A stretch of 63,254 nucleotides of DNA, the filler included, from Welwitschia mirabilis (Eukaryota), in the NCBI GenBank assembly GCA_051453625.1. It is 6 parts of one record of this genome, joined end to end, with 100 filler letters (N's around TTAATTAATTAA, not from the genome) between each part and the next. Parts side by side here need not be neighbours in the genome. Positions count along the whole stretch, not along the records: positions 36,324 to 46,829 come from JBOZIK010000001.1; positions 46,930 to 53,302 come from JBOZIK010000001.1; 4 more parts are not named here. One strand, given 5' to 3'. Every line of letters starts with the position of its first letter. Position 1 is the stretch's first letter. The position numbers and the translations under genes were made by a program. The notes beneath the pieces are model-generated. The model saw only the letters and a list, made by a program, of their open reading frames with translations, searched no databases and was not told where the DNA came from. Shown one piece after another: positions 40,959 to 52,280 of the stretch.

Positions 40959-41919
40959 TTCTTCCCCTTTGTCCTTAATAATAACTAAATTTTCTTCAAT
41001 GCTTTTTCTAAGTTTATTATACTTCTAAACTCATCCATTTCATGTAATCATTAATAGAGCATAATATATTGTATAGTATGTAAAGGCATTTATCATCTTG
41101 AAAATTTCAATATCATATTTTTTCTCTCCTCCTTTGTCATGAATGACTAGAGAGGAAGTGCAAATAGTAATAGAGGAAATAAATTCACATTATAATAAAT
41201 AATCACTACAAGTGTCTAATACAATGTTGAAGAAAATATGATATCAATTTGTTAGAGAACACATGATGATACCAATTCATATATACAATATGAGAGAATC
41301 AAGAAATGATTACATGACCTAGTACCATAATTATAACTTTAAAAATATCATCCCCTTAATATGTGCCTATCTATAAAAATGTAATAGAAATAGTAGACAT
41401 TCTACAAAATCACATTTATAGATGTCTAAAATGTATATGTGCTCAATGTTAGGGAACATGACTTACAATAAAATTTAAGAACAAAGGTACTATTGATAAG
41501 ATTTAATTAAGCATAATATATTTTGTAGTATAAAATGTGAATTTAGAAAATAAAAGTACTTAGATGATTTTAAAACTTTAGCATTGTTACATGTGATAGC
41601 TATAAAGATAGTGTGAAAGAATAAAAAGAGCACATTCATAAACATTATAAACAAGAATGGATACATTATGATAATTTAACCATCATATAAGTCTAATTCT
41701 AATATACCTCTTTCTTTAGCTCATACAAGCACTTAAAAGATATTCCATTTAGAAAAAATATTAAAGAGAGTTCTAAAAATAAGATAAGTTTTAATTAATT
41801 AAAAATAAATGCACAAAAATAACAAATCATATATTTAATAAAATGTCACTAAAATACATGATTTCCATCATTAATCCATTTACAATTAAAATATGATGTT
41901 TTATAAATAACAGTAATAG

Positions 41920-43722
41920 TATTTCATAGTACCAAATTTTCTAAAATAATTGCTATATCTACAAGATAATTTATCATGACTAAATCTATTGCAAAAATAA
42001 CATATAAAATGTTTTCTATTCTTTTTATCATATTGAAAAGATCAAGAGTAAAGTTGAGCATCACCTTTTTTTTAGGTTTTTTCAAGGGTGTTAGTACCAT
42101 TGGGAATTTAAGCCAACTTGTTGGATAGATTAGGTGCAAAATTAGATGAAGTCAAGTATCTAACACCACTTTTATACAAAGGTGATCTTTGCTTTAGTAG
42201 CATCTTCTTCATAATGATTTTTCCTAAAGAAAACTTCAAGATAGTATTATGTAATTTACTAATTTTATTTAATAAACACTTCTATTTCTCTTTCTTTTCT
42301 TTAATAAGCCCTTGAAGGTTATTAACGATATTTTTAAAGTACAAAGTTCTATGTGCTACCTCTTTCTTTACTAGATTAATCTAACTCAAGGAATATTTCT
42401 TCTTTTATTCTATCTCCCCAATAGTTTTCTTAAGAAGTAAATTTTATTTTAAGATCTTTTTTCTTTCTTCAAAGAGTTCTTGATATGCTTCTATTGAATC
42501 CTCTTCTTATTCATCATCATTATTGTCTTTAACCTCATTGATCTCTTCTAGTTTTATAGTGTCATCAACATCAATATTAGAGAATCCATCAATATTCATA
42601 ATTCTAGTTTATGAGGGTTAGTTAAATCAAAATAAAAACCATCATATGCCTTTATGATGTATGCCACATCATGAGAGGTTAGTGCTATGAAAGATAATAT
42701 TTTATCACTTGAATTATCCTCTCTATCTAATTGACCACTATCCCAAGTGACCATTTTGAATATCTTCATGGAGTTCCTTGATACCTTCTTATTATTTTTT
42801 TTTTTAGATGTTTAGCTATCATATATCCAAACCCTTTACATTTATATAATTAGAAACTATTCTCTCTTAACTTGTCCTTCAATTTTAAAGATGTCGTGTC
42901 ATCATTCTTCCTGTTTCTTTACTTTCTATCTTCCAATATCTTTTTGAACTTTCTAGTGAATAAAGTAAGTCCTTCATCCATATTATAATCAAAATTAGAA
43001 AATGAAAAACTAGAATAATCACTATTTCTAAACAGAAGTAAATGATTTACATCAAGGGCCATACTTTTCCTTTATTACGTTTATAAAGATGTTATAAATC
43101 AAAGATCAAGATATCACTTAACAACTCCTCTATCTTGATCTTCTCAATCTTCTTTATATCTTTAATGGATAATACCTTGTTTTCATATGCCTTTGGAAAT
43201 TATCTCAATATATTCCTAGTAATTTTACTCATATTGAAATATTCTCTAAGCCCCAAAAGCCCCTAGATAATGTCCATGAATTTTTTATTGAAGTGTGTAA
43301 ATACTTCATCTTCTTGCATGTAGATTTGCTCAAACTGAGTTATCAACATTTGCTTCTTTATCTTTTTTATTTAGCTAGTTATTTCATATTTTACCTATAA
43401 ATAGTTTCAAATCTCTTTAGTAATAGTAAGTTCCTTATCATTTTGTAATTTTCCACATTGAGATCATAACTTATGGCATTCATTACTTTCTTGTTAAGCA
43501 TAGCTTTATCCTTATTAGCATCATCCCATCTGCTTCTTTCTTTAATTACAAGTGTTGTTACTCTAACAATATCTTGTGCTTTAATGAAATTCTAAAATCC
43601 TTCTACTATAATTATTTAATAGTCAAAGCTTGTTTCTTTAATGAAAACTTACATTCTTTTTTTTCGAAACTCGTAGTTGTCAATGATAAAGTAGAGTAGA
43701 TGATTGATTTATTGCCTTCCAT
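41920..43722 (-). pseudogene. copia/SIRE gag remnant (DUF4219-like N-terminus, UBN2-like core, two zinc knuckles)
   Basis: MEGNKSI...NYEFRKKRM*VFIK, QMLITQFEQIYMQEDE, degenerate knuckle YKCKGFGYMIA (~42815-42850), and an intact CX2CX4HX4C (CYFCNRFSHDKLSC, ~41960-42003). Confidence 0.8.
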
Positions 43723-43787
43723 GATAAGTACTTTATTAAACAATTAAATACAAGAAAAAACACCTATACCAAATCTCTAATACTAAT

Positions 43788-45028
43788 TTTTAGGACTACA
43801 TATCCTATAGGATAAATGAAAATAGGATAACTAATGTAGTTTTTAAAATGTGACTATTTAACACCATGTTAGCATAATGTGACCTAGCATCCAATTCAAA
43901 TAATAGGTAGTGCTAATTTAAGTATGTTAATAATCCATTATTTAAAAATAAATATAATAATTTATCACACTAATTTAACTAAACAATAAATAAAAAAAGA
44001 TATGAGGTAATGAAAATAAACATATTTTCCTTAATTACTAATGTAGTCTTCAACTACACTCCAACAGGACTTTGCAGTACTTCTCCATCTTACAATGGGA
44101 TTTTTTTATAATCCTCAACCTTAAAGCTAGATAGAATTTATAGTAATCTTGCATCTTAAAATGAAATTTATTATAGTCTTGATCCTTTAAGAAAGCTCAA
44201 ATAGCTTTAATTACAATGAGAGATAACAGAGAGTTGAGGGAGAATAATGGAAAGAAGATAGAAGATGTGTTATTATATATTTAAGCCTAACAGTGAGAGA
44301 TTCAATTCTTGTATATGTACATGCATCTATATATCTAATTATAATATGTTTTTATTATATAAAGGATGAATTTTAGCTATTATAAATTATGATTTCAAGG
44401 TATGTGATTATTGGGGCCTCCAAAATGTTCAGTCAACTTTTTATTACTTTGTTTGAATGGTTAGATGTGCTTCCTAATGGATATTTTTAGTTGAACCCTT
44501 TGAGGTTTCAATTAACCTCTCTAATTACATTCCACATTTTCATGTTATATTTTTTATCCCCAATGGAAGTTGATCGACCTCATCATGTTATGTTTCTAGA
44601 AATGCTCTAGGAAGTCAACCTCAAAGTGGAACTGATTGACCTCTTAGTAGTTAACCCTTTAATATTTTCAGTCAACCTTGTCATGAAGTATTACAAAGTC
44701 TTTAGACAATGAAAAATATTTAAGTGATAAATCCCCTAATAATTTCTAGTTAAACCCCTATTAAAGATTCAATTTTCAACTGTAGTAGATGATTGACACC
44801 TCAATGGTGGATGGTTAACCCCCTATGAAAATCTACACTTATAGCTATCATAAGTCATTATTCCCTAGTAATAAGTAATTAACTATATAAGTGATATTTC
44901 CTTTGTTTGTTCTTTTTCCTTGTGTTCCCAAGCATCTAAACATTCTTCAAGGTGCACAAAAATAATATAATCATTAGATTCAATTAATTAAAATTTAGTT
45001 TATTATCAATTGATAAGGAGTTATAATA
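43788..45028 (-). repeat. 5' LTR of the gag-only element
   Basis: Aligns with 39693-40958; followed on the minus strand by TAGTATTAGAG (degenerate TGGTATCAGAG). Confidence 0.85.
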
Positions 45029-45033
45029 ATATT

Positions 45034-45162
45034 TGAGAATTCTTTTTACCTTTCCTTGAAAAGTAAACATAAAGGTTTTTAGACCATAAAATAGCTAAAC
45101 CAAAAATAATGTGGGAATCTTGACTTAAATGAACTTAAAAAAATTATAAAAAGAATGAAATT
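45034..45162 (+). pseudogene. Continuation of the Athila integrase C-terminal region interrupted at 39692
   Basis: Removing the insert and one TSD copy gives ...IVFENSFYL, then KHKGF*TIK*LN and LNELKK, resembling [25 protein letters not shown]...LNELEE. Confidence 0.7.
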
Positions 45163-46829
45163 TGTTGCGCTACCAACTTATGCATATTTGATAGGGTATT
45201 TCAAGTTGTTTTACAAGTAAATAGAAAGGTAAATGCTTAATTTCTATAATAATGACGAGCTATGATGAAAAGGATGGAAATATGAAATCTCCATGATAAT
45301 TTACAGCATTCTGAAAAAATATGAATACTTTGTATTTCTGAAAATAACTTCCTACAAACATTGAGGCTAATGCAATAACTAAAGAATCACTGAAGGTCAT
45401 CCTCCACCTCATCGTCTGAACAATTATATGGATGACCATGCCAACTGGATGTTGACTAAAGTTTATGTAGTAGATTATGTGGATTGAGTATGAGGTGGTA
45501 TCATCTCCTCTATCATCTGGACAACTAGCTAGATGATACTATTGTAATGTTTATACTGAACATTCACCAAACTTCTACCACTTATATTTCTATTTTTCCT
45601 TTACATGATCGTCATGGTTTACCCATGCCTTTCTATCTTTATTATTATGTATTTAAGTCAATAAATAGAGATCTTATCCTCAACTCTTATTTATCTTCAT
45701 TTGCAACTAAAATTCTTGTGAAAGGAGATTGAAGGGCTAGAGATCTATCATGTAGTTTTAGAGATATATTCCCCTAGTGTTGGATGGTGTTTTCTCCATT
45801 GAGGTATGGCTACTTTGTAACACAGATGATGTTCAATTCTTAATACAAANNNNNNNNNNNNNNNNNNNNNNNNNNNNNNNNNNNNNNNNNNNNNNNNNNN
45901 NNNNNNNNNNNNNNNNNNNNNNNNNNNNNNNNNNNNNNNNNNNNNNNNNCATTGAGGTATGGCTACTTTGTAACACAGATGATGTTCAATTCTTAATACA
46001 AAACATTTCCTTTGTATGCTTTAATATTTAATTGTTTCTCATCCTCATAGCTTATGTTTCTTTTAATCTGGTGACAGTCTCTCTACTGATATATGTTATG
46101 AGGGTAACCTTTATCAAGGTTGTGATAAGTTAGTTTAGGTTAAGTGCATTGTTTTTTTTTTTCCTAGATTATCTTTGCATGAGTGTGTTTCGTTTTACTT
46201 TCATACATTGTAAGTGATTTCTGTAGATTAGAATATAAGTATTTCTTTAAAAAGAAACTCTTTTATTTTCTACTTTGACCTTCAATAGATTATGACATTT
46301 GGGTTAACTCCCATCTATATTAGTGTGTTGTGTTTGTGAATTATTATTTATGATTAACAGGATTCTAGTCAGGATGTAAATGTTGCATAAATATGCATCA
46401 CAACATCTTAGTGCCATTACCGAGAAAGCCTACTTGGAGTTCTAGAATTATTGTTACTTTGGTAAGTATTTTGGTTTTGATCCTTACTACAACAACGATG
46501 TACCATTATTTGTAGTAGTGTAGGTTTTTCCTTTTTACAGAGTCAGTTTTCTATAAAAAATTGTTTTCTATTCTATAATAAAAAGTCTGTCATCTACTTT
46601 ATCATCTAGGATGACGACCTATGTGCCAAGAATATTTTATTTTAGTTTTCTGCTAAAACTTTTAGGGTTTTTTCCATCATTTCCTTGGTCATATAGATAA
46701 CTCATGTAAACAATAGTATATTTTCTTAGTTTTCTGTTAGATTCAGTCTTTTGTTTCTATTTTTTTCTTTTTCCTTTTTTTTGGTTTCTCTATTTCTATC
46801 GTCCAAGATATTGTCTAGACAATAACAAG
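45163..46829 (+). mobile_element. Athila-family 5' LTR (45163-46405), PBS (46408-46426) and 5' leader, truncated by a gap
   Basis: TGTTGCGCTACCAAC...ATATGCATCACAACA, then TTAGTGCCATTACCGAGAA (tRNA-Asp PBS with six transitions). The leader is homologous to ~10130-10520 (reverse complement). Confidence 0.88.
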
Positions 46830-46929
46830 NNNNNNNNNNNNNNNNNNNNNNNNNNNNNNNNNNNNNNNNNNNNTTAATTAATTAANNNNNNNNNNNNNNN
46901 NNNNNNNNNNNNNNNNNNNNNNNNNNNNN

Positions 46930-47079
46930 CTAGAAAAGACGGCTTATGTCCTTGCCTTTTCCTTCAAATAAGAGAGCTCTCCTTCACCCCCCTGGTTTGT
47001 CCCCACATTGGGGGTTTCCACGTAAATCTGGTGTGCTAATGTTTGCATTTTGTTTGATGCTTTGCTACATTTTTTAACA
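46930..47079 (+). repeat. Probable 3' end of a copia-type LTR
   Basis: GGGTTTCCACGTAAATCTGGTGTG followed by a T-rich stretch ending TTTAACA resembles common plant copia U5 ends. No partner copy in the window. Confidence 0.45.
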
Positions 47080-47226
47080 CTTCTTCCCTTCTGGCAAGGC
47101 AATTAAAGGTCATGTATCGTCTGGTCTCACAAATTGTGTTTTTTATTCCATGGTCAATTTGAAGAAGAAATGGCACATAATGCAAAGGCAGAGAATACCT
47201 CACAGGTGGTCTAATGGATTGTGTGC

Positions 47227-47739
47227 ATCTACGAATCCAATAAGGAGTAACAATGTTTACCTCATCACCTCCTACATCAGGAACAAGAAGTTGGTTCTAT
47301 TAAGGTTGGTCAATCTCATTGTGATGGTCATCATGATCATCATTCAAACATCTCATAGGCTTTTCCAAGTTCCTCGCGTTTTCCATCTTTCTGATTCTCA
47401 TCTTGTAAACAATAATACAAAACATTCTCCCTAAAACCACATAACAACATGCAATTCTGTGTGCCCTAGGATCCCACTAGATCTACGAACCCAATGGGAA
47501 GAAGTAACAAGGTTTTCCTCATGACCTTCTACATCAAGATCAACAAGCTGGCTTTATTTAAGTTGATCAACCTCATGATAATGGCCATCATCATCATTCA
47601 ATCATATCACAGGCTTTTGCAAGTTACTAGCATCAAAGCTTCCCTCTTTCTGATTCTCACCTTGTGAACTGTAATACAAAACACCCCCCCTAAAACCTAC
47701 TTCACAACACACAATTTTGTATGCCATAGGATCCCATAG
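47227..47739. repeat. Diverged tandem duplication, two units of ~254 bp
   Basis: 47227-47480 and 47481-47739 both run ATCTACGAA.CCAAT...TCTTTCTGATTCTCA...CCCTAAAACC...TAGGATCCCA. Confidence 0.9.
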
Positions 47740-50700
47740 CCCCTATCGAAAATCATGTCCGTCATATCCAAAGGATACATACCTTCTAGCATGCTCGTCC
47801 ACCTATCTATTAATGAGATGTTTGAATTCCCAAAAACATCAATGGCATATGTAATATATTCCAGTAAATGTTTGTATTCTGATGCTATAGGCGAAAAGTG
47901 TTGAAAAAAACAAGTATAATACAATTGTGACAATCATACATAGCAAAAATCTTAGCACAAGGGGAAATTCTTTAGATTGAATTAGATAGAGATGTTGATG
48001 TCAAACTTAAGTGTCTTTAGATCAACACGGGAATGAAGCAATGCTATTAATAAAAGATAATGTTGAAAAAGTGAAAAAATTAAAAAAAAATAGTGTTTCC
48101 ACTTTTACTAGACTATTTGCTAACAAAAGATTCTAGAACCACTGAAATCGCTATTCCAAGGCCCAAAATAGAGATTCCCAAAGACTCACATCTTCAAGGC
48201 AATTTGGAACGTTTTTCTCAAAAGAACAGGTTGATCATGAATTGTGATTCCAATCTGCATTTTAACACTTTGTTTTACAAGCAATGATCATGAATTGCAA
48301 TGTTAACATCCATGACACAATGCCATCCCAGAACAACAAGTTAATCAACTGTTGATCTTCTTCAATCCATGACATGAAAATTAATCATGGATTGCCAAGA
48401 TCCATACCTGGTAATAACATCATAGATCTTACATCATGGGGTTGCATTGGCTCTATCCACCAAAAAGCGCATAGTCAAATGGAGTTGTAAAAGGCCTAAC
48501 TTCATCTATTGATACTATTATAAGTCTTCCCTAAGTTCATCTATTGATACTATTGTAAGTCTTCATATTTGACATCAACAATAGAATCACATAGAACTTT
48601 GACTAGTGCATTGTCCCCTAACTTGTAACGCAAGCTACCTCAAAGAATCTTGCTCATGCGATCAGTGACACTTACTATTTTGGGCCTTGAGACGCCTTAC
48701 TCACAAATGAAGAGGTGGAAGACAAAGTCTCATCCTTTTTGCTTCAAGTTTTAGGGGAAAGGAACATCAACATGCATAAATTCCTTAAACTTACTATGCT
48801 TAGCCTTCTTTCTCGAACAAGGCCTCTAATGCTTCAATGAATACCCTCCAAAATGCTATGTTTACAAAATCATTGGTTTCATCCCCACATAGTAGTTTAG
48901 TTCAGCTGACAGTCATAGCTGACCTATTCTTGCTTTTGCAAAACACAAACACAAAGAAGGAAATCTGACAGAAAGAAGGTTGATCCTTTGCTAGTGGCAG
49001 GCAACCAATACAAAATAGGCACAAGGGCCTCCTTTTAATAATGGGAATATCAGCAATTTATATTATGAAATTGCCAATTAGAATACAGAAGACAAGACGT
49101 GTAAGAGAAGCAGTTCAAGAGTGAATTACTATTTTTTTCTTCTTTTTCCATTCTCTGGGAGGGTTGCAGTTACAATAATCCTTCTTGAAAATAAGCCCCA
49201 TTTTGTTTATTTGTGTTTGTGATCTTGACTTATTAGATTGTGATGTAGCCATAATGCAATCCACAGGAGATATCAATCAGTATATCACCATATGACGTTC
49301 TTGTCTTTGCATGCTACAAGTACAGCAAGTAACATAACATGCTATCTTCTGGATATTCGAGTGAGCCTTTTGACAAGTTGAAATCCATGTGAGAGTTTAC
49401 CTTTGACAAGTCTCACTGTGTTGATAACGATACTAGGTTCTCCTCCTTATCAAAACGAGTGTGACAATAAGAAATGAACAATTGTGGACATAAACACAAA
49501 AACACACACAAGAGATTTAACAATGTTCAACCCCTTTCTAGCCTCCTCCTCCGAGAAACTAGCGTGGAGGTCTTATTATCAATATGCTGCTGGGAATACA
49601 AACCAATGTTTGACATTTTGGATCTCATTGCATTTCAGCAAGGTGGGTGTTCCATTTGTGATTAGATGTCGCCTTTTTTCAGAAGGCACTTATTTCAGCA
49701 AAAAAAAATAGCTTCAAATCAATTTCAAATATATTTGAAACAATAAATATAAAGCATTGAAGTAACTGTAATTGAAAAGCAGTAACAAAACATGTTAGAA
49801 TATCTATTGTTCATCATTTGTACTCTTTGCTTGAAAATGTATAATGCACAAACAACCTCTTTCAAATTATCAATTCTTGTCTTTCATTCACACAAAAGAA
49901 CAAATACTAATAGAGAGACATAATACAATAGTGTGAAATGAAAACAGTAAAGCATACAAAAGTTTACAGGCTAGAAGCTGACAAATAACAACAATAATAT
50001 ATAGTTCCAAAGTCTAACTTCCAAAGTGGCAGACGGTTGTGTAACATATGAAGTGTTAACACTACAATCATTCCCCACCAAGGGCTAACAAAAGGAAGAA
50101 AAAGAAACAATATAACTAAGTTAGTGACCTCCTATAACTACTATTCTAAGCAGCGCTATACATGCCACCATTACAAGAATGCATCATTTGACACTTGTAT
50201 GGAAGCCACATAGACACCATCAAAGTCGTCAACATCACCATCAAAATTCAAGAAGTTTTTACTCTTCTTGCTTAGAGGGAAGAAAATCCTAATGAAATCA
50301 GAAATGCAAAAACCATAATAACAAGCTAAAGACATTGAAGAGAAACAAGAAATGAAAATATCCTGTACTTTTTGTAATACATTATCTAAAAGGAAATCAA
50401 AATTCAAAAGCCTTTTACTTTTCATGCTTAGATTTTAGGAAACTAGAAGAACCATTTTGAAAATGCAATTTAGAACAAAACTGATTTGGAAAGAAAGGAA
50501 ATGACATATCTCTGCTTCTAGAATGTCTGAAATGTAAATGATTGATGCAAAAGAGATCTTAAGTCGCCTTTGAAAACGATGTTCATTATGAGCGAAGTGC
50601 AAGAGAAGAAGAAAATGACTAGAAAGAATGAGAAAAATGAGGAGAAAAACCCCTCTGTTGCACTTTCAATGCATGCTGCTTCTGTTTTGAGAGACACAAC

Positions 50701-51495
50701 ATGGCGAAATTGCACCATTATTACACGCAATTGCATCGTTGTTGCAATTTGTGCAACAGCACCAAACTATCGTGCTGCGTTGCAGGGAGCAACAATTCAT
50801 TGCAGCACTAAGAAATTGCACACAATTTTGCCTATTGCAGCGAAATTGCACAGAAATGCAAATCAATGATACAAACACATATGAAGCCCACAACACCATA
50901 GGATGCCTTCCTCAACAGTGTGGGGATATAAATAGGAGAGAAGTAGTGTAATGGACACACACACTCTAAACTCCTAACTTCAATATTCCTTTTTCCTATG
51001 ATTACAACTATACCTTAACAAACCATAGATGATTTTATAACCCAACGACCTTTTCCAACCATGTGGAGTCAGCATAACAATAAACAAACAAGGGAATAAA
51101 ATGAATTTGGATTCACCTAACAACGTCCCTCAAATTAGTGTTACATCCATTGGTGATTAGAAGGCATGTGTAACCATACACTGCATTTACATTATTCTTC
51201 TTTCACATTATATGAATTTGTGTGTATCCGTTATTTTTCAATTGCTATATGCCATACTGAGAATGGAAATAACTATTCATGTCTTCAACAATCTTCTACG
51301 AAGTTCATATGTGTTAATATTTCTCTGTAATTTGTGTTTCTAAGTCCACAAAATTTCCTTGTTAATCTGATTGCATATAGCAAAAGTTGGACTTGTATTA
51401 ACAGTTTTGGACAGACTGGAAAAACAGATGTTGATAAGATTTCTTTACGAAAAATAACGGTAAACAATGAGCAGTAAGCCATCAAAAATTCTAAC

Positions 51496-51586
51496 CTTGA
51501 AAGCACCAAGACCCATGCGTCTATCACAACCAAAATGAGCCCACTGACGACAAACACCACAATTGACCCAGTCACCTTCAGCACCA
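51496..51586 (-). CDS. ARID4: ARID4-like exon (PHD finger)
   Basis: AG|...|GT, 91 nt, phase-2 entry, reads (S)GAEGDWVNCGVCRQWAHFGCDRRMGLGAFK. Confidence 0.93.
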
Positions 51587-51703
51587 CTGTACCAAAGGAA
51601 ACAAAAGAAGTTCTAACAGGTCAGATGTACAAAATCTAATGAATGCATGTATATAAAATTATTAAATTAATGGTAAATGCTTTAGGATAAACATAAGCAA
51701 CAC

Positions 51704-51804
51704 CTGAAACAGAGTACGCAGCACTCACCACCGACATCATCATGAGCTAACTCATACTCCAAAAGATATGCCTCATAATGTCTCTTGAGTGTATTGCCAA
51801 CTCC
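51704..51804 (-). CDS. ARID4: ARID4-like exon (end of ARID, start of PHD finger)
   Basis: AG|...|GT, 101 nt, reads GVGNTLKRHYEAYLLEYELAHDDVGGECCVLCF plus 2 nt. Confidence 0.93.
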
Positions 51805-51899
51805 CTGTGTAAATTTAAGTGTTAGCATGATAATTCAAAGTTTTCTCAACAAGATAAATTCTTAACAATCAGACCATACATTAAGTTTGGGAACACTAC

Positions 51900-51998
51900 C
51901 GTGATTCTATTTGTTAATGTGTGATTCCTCATTTTAGGAAAAATCTGCCCTTTCCAATTAATACCATTTCCAACATAAAATCCGCCTCTTGTGACAAC
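51900..51998 (-). CDS. ARID4: ARID4-like exon (ARID domain)
   Basis: AG|...|GT, 99 nt, reads VVTRGGFYVGNGINWKGQIFPKMRNHTLTNRIT, in phase with the previous exon. Confidence 0.93.
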
Positions 51999-52142
51999 CT
52001 TTTATAAAAGAATATGATGCATTAGAATTTCTCCTCAAAAGCCCCCGACAGAAACAGGAACTATTGCTGAACCAACCACATAGAAAGATGACTAGAATAC
52101 ATTGAATGAGCATTTAGAAATCAAAATAAACAAGATTATCAC

Positions 52143-52280
52143 CTCCCGATACAGATTATAAAGATCTAGTTTCTTCCCATTTAGAATAACATTGGGAAAT
52201 GCATCTATTCCTGTCACTGGTATGAGTCGCCCATGGCCACGAGAAACCAGGAATTGCATAAGATCTTCTAAAAACTCTTC
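52143..52280 (-). CDS. ARID4: Internal exon of an ARID+PHD protein (AT-rich interactive domain protein 4-like), ARID N-terminal half
   Basis: AG|...|GT, 138 nt, reads EEFLEDLMQFLVSRGHGRLIPVTGIDAFPNVILNGKKLDLYNLYRE. Recognisable as the plant ARID4 ARID domain. Confidence 0.93.

Larger units (their letters stand above)
39693..45028 (-). mobile_element. Structurally complete non-autonomous gag-only SIRE-like element (TR-GAG type), ~5.3 kb
   Basis: Direct-repeat LTRs at 39693-40958 and 43788-45028, iMet PBS at 43774-43785, PPT at 40960-40972, gag remnant but no pol, TSD GTATT/ATATT. No assembly gap inside. Confidence 0.85.

Noticed and set aside
45797..46002. Identical 53-bp direct repeat (45797-45849 and 45950-46002) and ORF 45777-46031
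   Set aside because: The copies flank a 100-N gap exactly, indicating an unmerged contig overlap.
48450..48476. Minus-strand DYALFGG* as the missing ARID4 last exon
   Set aside because: Only DYA matches, there is no acceptor directly upstream, and it stops before any CxxC.
50912..50935. Minus-strand LFISPHC* resembling YICPHC
   Set aside because: No DYAKTDG context, the first Cys is absent, and it overlaps a TATA-like motif; coincidental.
50518..50951. Four overlapping ORFs on both strands
   Set aside because: By-product of locally higher GC and TGCA repeats; no recognisable protein motif.
51285..51587. 100-aa minus-strand ORF that looks hydrophobic
   Set aside because: Out-of-frame reading across the real ARID4 PHD exon and its intron.
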